Assembly (NCBI GenBank): GCA_964547475.1
Contig: CAZJNQ010000003.1
Location: 22,074-86,073 of the forward strand
Length of the DNA: 64,000 nucleotides
Direction: 5' to 3'
Origin: an uncultured Porphyromonadaceae bacterium
GTDB taxonomy: Bacteria; Bacteroidota; Bacteroidia; Bacteroidales; UBA12481
Translations under genes and position numbers: made by a program
Shown: one piece after another, positions 34,710 through 42,306 of the stretch
Layout of the letters: every line of letters begins with the position of its first letter
Position numbering within the stretch: the stretch's first letter is position 1
Notes under the pieces: model-generated
What the model was told of the DNA's origin: nothing
The model's input: only the letters and a program-made list of their open reading frames with translations
Databases searched by the model: none

Positions 34710-34835
34710 ACAATGAGTTTTAGGTTGATACCAATAATCAGGTCAATAAAGATAACATGTGCTCAAAACAATTGCAAACATCCAGCTTAAGTATAGCTAA
34801 AATAACCAAGATTTAATGAGGGGCCGGTCCTGATT

Positions 34836-35924
34836 CTATTCCACGCCCAGTTTTTCGACATCCAGTAAAGTCGCCAACCTTTCAGCGTCAAAAAAACCAA
34901 ACTTTTCGGCATCCAGTAAAGTCGCCAACCTTTCAGCGTCAAAAAAACCAAGTTTTTCAGCATCGAAGAAGATATCCAGTTTGTTTGCATCGTAAAACCG
35001 CCCACCCAGCTTTTCAGCGTCCGCAATGATAGTGCCCACCCTATCCGCATCCAGGAACGCTATAGCCATTTTCTCAGCATCACCGAAAAAAACCCCTCTT
35101 TTGTCGCTATCCCGGACAATGGCATAACCCAGCTTTTCCGCATCGATAAACTGATATTTCTCTACATCATCCATTGCACCGAGTTTCTCAGCATCCTGGC
35201 GCACCTGTTTCACCGTCTTACCCTGATCGTACCAGGCCAATTTCCGGTAATCGGTCAGCAAAGCCTTGTTACCCAGCAATTTCTGCAAGACTTTATCACC
35301 TGTCTTGACAGAGGCGTTAACCAAATCCAAGGCGAGGATGTCATGCGCCTCCCTGAGTCCCGGAAACTCACCCGGTTTGACTGATACCATGAAGGATCCG
35401 GTCTTGTCGATAAAATTGAGGACCGTGCGGATGCGATAGTTCTTTTGTGCAATGATGTTATTCGCAAGGTTCAGTGAATTCCGGATCATTTCAGCATTCG
35501 TGTTTTCGGGGTCGCGGATGGCAGCCAGGGCAGCCAGATAATAGAGGCGCGTAGAGTTCAGGTACAGGCCGAAATTATTCATGCCGTCAATCTGGTTTTC
35601 CGCTGAAGACCTGAAAGCTTCTGCAGAATTGGCTTCCGCAACTGCCTTCTCTATGTCCCCTGCCAACTTGATGGCATCCAGGTAGTGAAATGTGAGATAG
35701 CGCCTTAGCATGCCTAAGCTCGCTGTATCCGAAACCAGGTTATTCTGGAGCCTGATTTCAGCTTCTGTCACCTTGGTGTTCCGGTATTTTTTCACCTTGG
35801 TTATGGTTCCTGCCACCGAATCATCCGGGACAACGGATTCTTTCACCACGATGCCGACCAGGAAGCCGATGATCATGCCTGCGACTGTACCGCCTGCGAT
35901 TATAAGAGCAAGTGATTTTTTCAT
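34836..35924 (-). CDS. Signal-anchored protein B (362 aa), paralog of protein A, with C-terminal DAEKLG/DAERLA repeat array
   Basis: MKKSLALIIAGGTVAGMIIGFLVG anchor from the ATG at 35924. 40 of the first 60 residues are identical to protein A by manual count. ~13 C-terminal repeats. Confidence 0.85.
   Translation of the reverse strand: MKKSLALIIAGGTVAGMIIGFLVGIVVKESVVPDDSVAGTITKVKKYRNTKVTEAEIRLQNNLVSDTASLGMLRRYLTFHYLDAIKLAGDIEKAVAEANSAEAFRSSAENQIDGMNNFGLYLNSTRLYYLAALAAIRDPENTNAEMIRNSLNLANNIIAQKNYRIRTVLNFIDKTGSFMVSVKPGEFPGLREAHDILALDLVNASVKTGDKVLQKLLGNKALLTDYRKLAWYDQGKTVKQVRQDAEKLGAMDDVEKYQFIDAEKLGYAIVRDSDKRGVFFGDAEKMAIAFLDADRVGTIIADAEKLGGRFYDANKLDIFFDAEKLGFFDAERLATLLDAEKFGFFDAERLATLLDVEKLGVE
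34839..35198 (-). repeat. Coding tandem repeat, ~13 units of 8-11 codons (DAEKLG / DAERLA variants)
   Basis: QDAEKLGAMDDVEKYQFIDAEKLGYAIVRDSDKRGVFFGDAEKMAIAFLDADRVGTIIADAEKLGGRFYDANKLDIFFDAEKLGFFDAERLATLLDAEKFGFFDAERLATLLDVEKLGVE. Confidence 0.9.
34861..34962. repeat. Near-perfect 51-bp direct duplication inside the protein B repeat array
   Basis: tccagtaaagtcgccaacctttcagcgtcaaaaaaaccaa occurs identically at 34861-34900 and 34912-34951. The flanking 11 bp differ at a few positions. Confidence 0.92.
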
Positions 35925-35957
35925 TGATGAAGGTTTAAGCAATTGCCTTAATATAAA

Positions 35958-35965
35958 CAAAAATA
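35958..35965 (-). promoter_or_regulatory. Candidate -7 box TATTTTTG (minus strand) for the protein B / protein A / 980-aa operon
   Basis: Reverse complement of caaaaata at 35958-35965, 34 nt upstream of the ATG at 35924. Possible -33 TTGC about 22 nt further upstream. Confidence 0.35.
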
Positions 35966-36083
35966 TGACCGTTCAGCAGCTTGATGGCAACAATTCTGTT
36001 TGCGGAACCCTTGTATCATCCCGCACCCCGCCCAATCCTTATTAAAAGAAATTACCGGTTCTTGGTGTTTTAGAGAGATTATC

Positions 36084-36091
36084 TAACTTTA
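36084..36091 (+). promoter_or_regulatory. Candidate -7 box TAACTTTA (one mismatch to TAnnTTTG) for the kinase / STAS / PrsW-like operon
   Basis: 38 nt upstream of the ATG at 36129. TTG at 36062-36064 sits at plausible -33 spacing. Confidence 0.3.
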
Positions 36092-36128
36092 AAGTCACTG
36101 ATCTGACCTTGTTGAACAGAGGATTTAC

Positions 36129-36563
36129 ATGGGGAGCAACCAAAAATATAAAAGACTGGACATCAGGAATGACATCCAGGAGCTCAACCGGGTCGTTCCC
36201 TTCCTGGATCAGTTGCAGGAAGAATGGGATCTGCCTGTCAGCGTAATCCCGGCAATAAACCTGGCGTTGGAAGAAGCCCTCTCAAACATTATTTTTTATG
36301 GCATTGATCCCGGGATTGAAGAAGAGATCAGCATCGAGTTCAAAGCAGAAGGAAATTGCCTGAACATAATATTATCAGACACCGGAAAGGCTTTTGACCC
36401 GACGCAAAACTCGGAACCGGATCTGGATCTTCCGGCCGAGGTAAGACCGATAGGCGGCCTGGGTATTTTCCTGATCCGCAAAATGATGGATGAAGTCAGT
36501 TACGAGCGGATCAACGGCACCAACCGCCTTGTGATGGTCAAACATTGGGATATCAACAAATGA
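36129..36563 (+). CDS. RsbW/SpoIIAB-like anti-sigma regulatory factor (HATPase_c Ser/Thr kinase)
   Basis: N-box LEEALSNIIFYG, then DTGKAFDP, then G-box PIGGLGIFLIRKMMDEV. 144 aa. Confidence 0.85.
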   Translation: MGSNQKYKRLDIRNDIQELNRVVPFLDQLQEEWDLPVSVIPAINLALEEALSNIIFYGIDPGIEEEISIEFKAEGNCLNIILSDTGKAFDPTQNSEPDLDLPAEVRPIGGLGIFLIRKMMDEVSYERINGTNRLVMVKHWDINK

Positions 36564-36579
36564 CAAATAACCTTAACAC

Positions 36580-36909
36580 ATGAAAATCACAACACAAACC
36601 AAAGGGAACGACATTTATGTTCAGGTTGAGGGACGTATAGACACGACCAACTCAATTGATTTTGAAAATACAGTCAGTCAGGCATTGACGAACGAAGTGA
36701 AGCAAATTTATCTCGACTGCAGCGAGCTGAACTATATCAGCAGCTCCGGGCTGCGCGTATTGCTTACTTTTCTTAAAAAAATGATGGCTGCCGGGGGAAC
36801 CCTCAAACTCTATTCGCTTCAACCGGCCATAAAAGAGATATTCGACATTTCCGGATTTTCCACCATCTTCCCGATCTTTCCTGATCTGGTGGCAGCACAG
36901 GAAAATTAA
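36580..36909 (+). CDS. STAS-domain anti-sigma-factor antagonist (SpoIIAA/RsbV-like)
   Basis: 109 aa. ...LDCSELNYISSSGLRVLL... carries the conserved phosphorylatable Ser context, followed by IFDISGF. Confidence 0.85.
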   Translation: MKITTQTKGNDIYVQVEGRIDTTNSIDFENTVSQALTNEVKQIYLDCSELNYISSSGLRVLLTFLKKMMAAGGTLKLYSLQPAIKEIFDISGFSTIFPIFPDLVAAQEN

Positions 36910-36967
36910 ACCCATTGATCCGTATGCCGTAAGCGGCCCGGAAACGCAGAATAAGAAAGACAACCGA

Positions 36968-37957
36968 ATGGAAATTGTTGTCAGCATATTTCCGGTTTTT
37001 CTTTTCACCGCTTTTCTCTTTCTGCTCGACAGTTTCAAGCTGGTCATCAAAAAATACCTCGCCTTCGCTCTCCTTTGGGGTATCGCCAGTGCCGTGCTGG
37101 CTTATTTCTGCAACAATTTCATCCTTGATGTGGCGCGGATGAAACCGGTGACTTACTCCCGGTACTTGGCTCCGGCTATCGAGGAAGCCATCAAACTCTT
37201 GTTTATCTTTCTGATATTATCCAGAAAACGGATCGGCTTCATGACGGATGCCGCCATCTACGGATTTGCCGTCGGAGCCGGATTTGCCCTTGCCGAGAAC
37301 ATTTTTTTCCTGAAAACTGCAGGTAATTCAAACCTCCTGGTCTGGATCATCCGCGGCTTGGGAACGGCAACCATGCACGGAACCTGCACTTCGCTGGCTT
37401 CGATCATCCTGATTGGCGGTAAAAGCCGGAACACCTCGTTTCTTCTTTCCATCACCCTGGCCGTTGCCACCGCCTACGTGATCCATTCCGCTTTCAACCA
37501 TTTCTATGTCAACCCGATATGGCAGACCATCGCTATCATCATTCTTGCCCCTATCCTGTTTATCCTGATCTTTAAGCTGACCGAAACGCAGCTCCAGAAA
37601 TGGCTTGAAATTGAATTCTCGAGCGAAATAGAATTACTCAAGATGATCAACCAGGGTCGGTTTTTATCCACCCGGTCGGGTCAATTCCTGGCCTCCCTGC
37701 AATCACGTTTCGTCGGGGAAACCATCCTGGATATGTATTGTTTTATCAGCCTCTACCTGGAATTGTCAGTCAAGGCCAAAAGAAATGTCATGCTCAGGGA
37801 AAATGGCTTTCCGGTGATGGCTGAAAAAGACACGGGCGATAAGATCCTGGAGCTGAAACAACTCAGAAAGAGGATCGGGAAGGTCGGGGAGTTGACGTTG
37901 GCGCCCCTCATCCGGATGAACTACCGCAGCCTGTGGAAACTGACTTATCTGGAATAA
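36968..37957 (+). CDS. PrsW-family intramembrane protease with ~120-aa C-terminal soluble extension
   Basis: Polytopic. PAIEEAIKLLF (EExxK), GFALAENIFF, TATMHGTCT and IHSAFNH match the PrsW signature as I recall it. Residues ~205-329 are non-membrane. Confidence 0.7.
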   Translation: MEIVVSIFPVFLFTAFLFLLDSFKLVIKKYLAFALLWGIASAVLAYFCNNFILDVARMKPVTYSRYLAPAIEEAIKLLFIFLILSRKRIGFMTDAAIYGFAVGAGFALAENIFFLKTAGNSNLLVWIIRGLGTATMHGTCTSLASIILIGGKSRNTSFLLSITLAVATAYVIHSAFNHFYVNPIWQTIAIIILAPILFILIFKLTETQLQKWLEIEFSSEIELLKMINQGRFLSTRSGQFLASLQSRFVGETILDMYCFISLYLELSVKAKRNVMLRENGFPVMAEKDTGDKILELKQLRKRIGKVGELTLAPLIRMNYRSLWKLTYLE

Positions 37958-37984
37958 CCTGAGCCTTTCAGGCTATGAGATATT

Positions 37985-38608
37985 TTACTCCCGGTGGTAT
38001 TTCACGTAAAAAGCCACTTTCTCCAGGGAAGTGATCATGTCATATTCCTCAAGAAAGATATGCGGCGGCATATTGAGCGGAACGGTTGTAAAATTCATGA
38101 TCCCGCGTATGCCCGTGTCTGACAGCCGGTCAGCGATCTTCTTGGCATTCTCAGGAGGTACTGTAAGAATGGCAATGGATATCTGAAGGTCCCTGATGAG
38201 TTGTTCCAGCGAATCCATGGAGTAGCATTTGACACCGGCAATCACATGGCCAATCTTATCCGGATCCACATCAAAAGTCGCTGTGATTTTGAGCTTCGAA
38301 CGTTTACCCCTGAAATAGCCCGTAACAGCGCGACCGAGGTTACCGGCCCCGATCACGGCCACGTTCAGGCCTTCATCCGTATCAATCAAATTCCCTATTG
38401 CTGCAATCAGTTCACTGATATCATAACCTTTGCGCTGCATGCTCGTGAAACCCATGAGCATCATGTCCCTGCGAACCTGAACCGCCGTAATATGGTTCAA
38501 AGCCGCCAGCTCGTGGGAATAAATATGGGTTTTCCCACCGGTCAGGCAAACCAGCAGAATCCGCCTGTAAGCACTGAGTCTTTCGACCGTTTTCTCAGGT
38601 AAGTTCAT
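37985..38608 (-). CDS. rex: Redox-sensing transcriptional repressor Rex
   Basis: N-terminal TVERLSAYRRIL winged helix, Rossmann VIGAGNLGRAV, ~207 aa. Confidence 0.9.
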   Translation of the reverse strand: MNLPEKTVERLSAYRRILLVCLTGGKTHIYSHELAALNHITAVQVRRDMMLMGFTSMQRKGYDISELIAAIGNLIDTDEGLNVAVIGAGNLGRAVTGYFRGKRSKLKITATFDVDPDKIGHVIAGVKCYSMDSLEQLIRDLQISIAILTVPPENAKKIADRLSDTGIRGIMNFTTVPLNMPPHIFLEEYDMITSLEKVAFYVKYHRE

Positions 38609-38712
38609 GGTTTTCAGGAATTAATTAATCAAAAATAATAAATCAGCCCAATACAGGCAACAACAACCTGAAGGCCTTGTCCTGCAAATGGCTTATACCA
38701 TTAATATACGCA

Positions 38713-38748
38713 AAAGGGAGGCTTTCCAATGGATGAGTCTCCCTTTTT
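38713..38748 (-). terminator. Stem-loop AAAGGGAGGCT / AGTCTCCCTTT (one G-U pair) flanked by A/T runs; probable intrinsic terminator after hydA
   Basis: Inverted repeat read directly, 23 nt downstream of the hydA stop on the minus strand and followed there by TTTTG. It lies between hydA and rex. Confidence 0.55.
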
Positions 38749-38770
38749 ACAGACGGTGGTCCCGAAAGGT

Positions 38771-40564
38771 CTAATAGCGTTTTCTCGGAACGTAATGGGT
38801 ATGCAGCAACGCGTGGGACTTATGGCTATTGGGAGTTCCCAGGAACTCCTCATAGATCAGCTTGACCTCAGGATTTTCATGCGATTTCCGTATAGGCAAG
38901 CCTTCATCTTCCTGATAAATGGCCGCTGCACGTTTTTCGCGGATCTCCTGGCTGGTGGGAATCGGTTGGCCGCCACCGCCCAGGCAACCGCCGGGGCAGG
39001 CCATGACCTCGATGAAATGATAATGGGCGGTGCCATCCTTGACGGCCTGCATCAGCCGGCGCGCGTTAACCAGGCTATGAGCCACGGCACAGGATACTTC
39101 TACGCCTTCAAGGAATTTCCAGTCGGGCAGGCAGCCTTCGATTTTGATTTTGGCTTCCCTGACTCCTTCCATTCCCCTTACTGGGGTTATTTTCAGGTCA
39201 GTGAAGGGCACTTCCCGTCCGGTGACCACTTCATAAACGGTTCTTAAGGCGGCTTCCATCACACCACCGGTGACTCCGAAGATCACCGCTGCTCCGGTCG
39301 AATCGCCCATGATGCTGTCATAAGGGCTTTCTTCAAGGTTCTGGAAATGAATTCCAGCCTGCTTGATCATCATCCCCAGTTCACGGGTGGTCAACACATA
39401 ATCCACATCCTTGTATCCGCTCGACCGCATTTCCGGACGATTGGCTTCATATTTCTTTGCCGTGCACGGCATGATGGACACCACGCAGATATCCTGGGCC
39501 TTTAATCCCTTCTTCTGGGCATAATAGGTTTTAGCCAGTGCACCGAACATTTGCTGGGGCGATTTGCAAGTCGAAACATTGGGTAAAAATTCCGGGAAAG
39601 TGTGTTCGATGAACTTGATCCAGCCCGGCGAACAGGAAGTAGTCATGGGCAGGGCGACGGTCGTGTCTTTCTCCACCAGGGCTCTCTTCAGGCGTGTAAG
39701 AAGTTCGGTCCCCTCTTCCAGAATGGTGAGGTCGGCTGTAAAATCTGTGTCAAGCACGGAATCAAAACCCAAGCGCCTCAGGGCCGTGACCATTTTACCG
39801 GTCAGCCTTTCACCCGGATCGTAACCGAGTTCTTCTCCGATCGCCACCCTGACGGCAGGGGCGGTCTGAACCACGACATGCACGTTCGGATTGTTGATCG
39901 CGTCCCAGACCTCTTCAACATAGGTTTTTTCAACCAGGGCTCCCACCGGGCAACGGTTGACGCATTGGCCGCAGTTGGTGCAGACTACTTCAACCAAAGG
40001 CCGGTTAAGGAAGGTGGATATCTTCATTCGATCGCCCTTGTAAGCGACATCCAGGGCGGAAACACCCTGTAACTCGGCACAGGTCCTGACGCAGCGCTGG
40101 CACCGGATGCATTTGCTGTCGTCCTTTATGATTGAAGGTGACAGATCATCGATTCCCCTCTTTTTGGTGCCCAACAGATCGATGAACACGTGATCCCCGA
40201 CCCTGTACTCATAAGCCAGGCTCTGAAGCTCGCAATTGCCATTCTTGTAACATTTCGTGCAATCTGCATTGTGCTCAGACAAAAGAAGTTCAATGATGGT
40301 TTTCCGGGCTGTCCGGACCTTGGCGCTATTGGTGTGGATCTGCATCCCTTCAGAAACCGGTGTGGCACAGGCCGCGATCAGTGTTTTACCTGCGATCTGT
40401 TCCACGACACAAACCCGGCAATTGCCGGCCACGCAGAGATCCTGATGGTAGCAAAGGGTCGGAATCCTGAAATCAAGTTTCTTGGCAGCATCCAGGATCG
40501 TTGTTCCTTCGGGAACAGAAACCGGTATATCGTTTATTGTCAGATTGACCAGATATTTCTTCAT
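38771..40564 (-). CDS. hydA: [FeFe]-hydrogenase catalytic subunit (2Fe-2S + His-ligated 4Fe-4S + 2x4Fe-4S + H-cluster domain)
   Basis: H-cluster motifs TSCSPGW (L1 variant), MPCTAKKYE (L2) and EVMACPGGCLGGGGQP (L3). N-terminal CYHQDLCVAGNCRVCVVE. Start at ATG 40564 (MKKYLVNLTINDI). Confidence 0.9.
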   Translation of the reverse strand: MKKYLVNLTINDIPVSVPEGTTILDAAKKLDFRIPTLCYHQDLCVAGNCRVCVVEQIAGKTLIAACATPVSEGMQIHTNSAKVRTARKTIIELLLSEHNADCTKCYKNGNCELQSLAYEYRVGDHVFIDLLGTKKRGIDDLSPSIIKDDSKCIRCQRCVRTCAELQGVSALDVAYKGDRMKISTFLNRPLVEVVCTNCGQCVNRCPVGALVEKTYVEEVWDAINNPNVHVVVQTAPAVRVAIGEELGYDPGERLTGKMVTALRRLGFDSVLDTDFTADLTILEEGTELLTRLKRALVEKDTTVALPMTTSCSPGWIKFIEHTFPEFLPNVSTCKSPQQMFGALAKTYYAQKKGLKAQDICVVSIMPCTAKKYEANRPEMRSSGYKDVDYVLTTRELGMMIKQAGIHFQNLEESPYDSIMGDSTGAAVIFGVTGGVMEAALRTVYEVVTGREVPFTDLKITPVRGMEGVREAKIKIEGCLPDWKFLEGVEVSCAVAHSLVNARRLMQAVKDGTAHYHFIEVMACPGGCLGGGGQPIPTSQEIREKRAAAIYQEDEGLPIRKSHENPEVKLIYEEFLGTPNSHKSHALLHTHYVPRKRY

Positions 40565-40581
40565 GATATCCGCTGTTTTGC

Positions 40582-41748
40582 TTAGTAAATGATTTCCTCT
40601 TTGAAATTCGTAACGATGGAGATGAACGGATTGGCAACTGACTGGCCCAGGCCGCATTTAGCGGCGATCTTCATGGTTTTGGCCAGTTTTTTCAGGTCCT
40701 CGAGGTACACAGGAGGCCTTTCACCCCGCTTGACCGCTTCGATTCCTTTCAGCAACTGCTGGCATCCCACCCGGCAAGGCGTGCATTGTCCGCAGGATTC
40801 TTCAGTGAAGAACTCCAGGTAATCGTGCAGGACATTGTACATCGACCGTGAGCTGTTGAACAGCATCATGGATCCGCCCGTAGGAATGCCTTCGTACCCG
40901 ATGATCATGTCCTTGAAGAGTTTTCTCGGGACACATCCGCCGGACGCTCCTCCCACCTGGACAGCCTTCGTGTCCCCATCACCGAATTCATCGACAAATT
41001 GCTGAACAGTCATGCCGAGTTCCAGTTCATGTATCCCGGCTTTCGGGGTGTCGCCCGAAACTGAAAAGACTTTGGATCCCCGGGAGTCCTTGGTTCCTAA
41101 TTCCTTGAATTTCTCCACGCCGATCCGGCTGATCATGAAAGCGTACACCAGCGTTTCGACGTTGTTGATCGCGGTAGGCTTGCCCAGATACCCCGCAACC
41201 GTCGGATACGGAGGCTTGTTCCTGGGTTCACCCCTCTTGCCTTCCATGGATTCGAACAATGCACTCTCTTCCCCGCAGATGTAGGCTCCGCTTCCCGAAC
41301 GCACCTGGATAAAGAAATCCAGGCCAATCTTCTTCAGCCCCTCATTGAATTTTTTCAGTTTCTCGGTCAGTTTGGGTAGGAGAAAATTATACTCACCCCT
41401 GAGGTAAATAAAACCTTCGCGAGCCCCGATCGTGTAACCGCAAATTGCCAATCCGGCAAAAACCTTCTCGGGAACCCGATCCAGGATCTCCCGATCTTTG
41501 AACGTCCCGGGCTCGCCTTCATCAGCGTTGCAAATAACGTATTTTTCCACACTGTCTTCATTCCGGGTGAATTTCCATTTCAGCCCGGTCGGGAAACCGG
41601 CACCACCCCTTCCCTTGAGCCCCGAATCAATCATTTCCAAAATGATGTCATCCGGATTTTTCTTGATGGTTTTCTCAACAACCAGAAGGGGATCAATCCC
41701 TTCCATGGTAAAAATGATATCGACCCTTTTCGGTCTGTTGCTTTCCAT
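40582..41748 (-). CDS. hydB: NuoF-like flavoprotein subunit of the hydrogenase (NADH/FMN-binding, one 4Fe-4S); core-only form
   Basis: GRGGAGFPTGLKWKF, NADEGEPGTFKDR, CGQCTPCRVG...CGLGQ. 388 aa from the ATG at 41748, with no extra N- or C-terminal Cys-rich domains. Confidence 0.88.
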   Translation of the reverse strand: MESNRPKRVDIIFTMEGIDPLLVVEKTIKKNPDDIILEMIDSGLKGRGGAGFPTGLKWKFTRNEDSVEKYVICNADEGEPGTFKDREILDRVPEKVFAGLAICGYTIGAREGFIYLRGEYNFLLPKLTEKLKKFNEGLKKIGLDFFIQVRSGSGAYICGEESALFESMEGKRGEPRNKPPYPTVAGYLGKPTAINNVETLVYAFMISRIGVEKFKELGTKDSRGSKVFSVSGDTPKAGIHELELGMTVQQFVDEFGDGDTKAVQVGGASGGCVPRKLFKDMIIGYEGIPTGGSMMLFNSSRSMYNVLHDYLEFFTEESCGQCTPCRVGCQQLLKGIEAVKRGERPPVYLEDLKKLAKTMKIAAKCGLGQSVANPFISIVTNFKEEIIY

Positions 41749-41773
41749 TGTTTTCAGCTTATAGATTCGACAG

Positions 41774-42244
41774 TCAATCCAATTCCACCTTATACCTGTT
41801 GATGATCTCCACGGCCTTTTGAGGCGTGAGTTCAGGAAAAACCTCATCATTGACCAGCATTACCGGTCCTTTGTGGCACCAGCCCAGGCAGTTCGCCGTC
41901 AGCAAGGTGAATTGCCTGTCGAGAGTGGTTTCGCCGATCTTGATTTTCAGGGCTCCTTCGATCGCTTTGATGATCTCATCTTTCCCGGCCATATGGCAGG
42001 AAATGGTCTTGCATACGCGTATAACGTACTTGCCCCTGGGAACCGTGTCGAGAAAGGTATAGAAACTTGCAGTCCCGAACACTTCAGCAGCGGATAGATC
42101 CAGTACCTTGGCAATGGCAACCAGATCCTGGTCATCGAGATAATTTTTTGCCTTGACAACCGCTTGCAATATCGGCATCAAAGCTTTTCTCTCTATACCG
42201 TGAATCTTGGTTGCATCCTTAATAATTTGTTGAACATCAGCCAT
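41774..42244 (-). CDS. hydC: NuoE-like thioredoxin-fold [2Fe-2S] subunit of the hydrogenase
   Basis: CKTISCHMAG ... ANCLGWCHKGP cluster ligands; 156 aa. Confidence 0.88.
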   Translation of the reverse strand: MADVQQIIKDATKIHGIERKALMPILQAVVKAKNYLDDQDLVAIAKVLDLSAAEVFGTASFYTFLDTVPRGKYVIRVCKTISCHMAGKDEIIKAIEGALKIKIGETTLDRQFTLLTANCLGWCHKGPVMLVNDEVFPELTPQKAVEIINRYKVELD

Positions 42245-42306
42245 TTTAATACTCCTTATGATTGGGTCGTCGGTTAACCGGCTAAAAAAAAAGTTTTTTG
42301 ATTAAA

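Noticed and set aside
38729-39247. 172-aa plus-strand ORF overlapping the hydA 3' region
   Set aside because: It is antisense to the H-cluster domain frame, which carries the L2 and L3 motifs.
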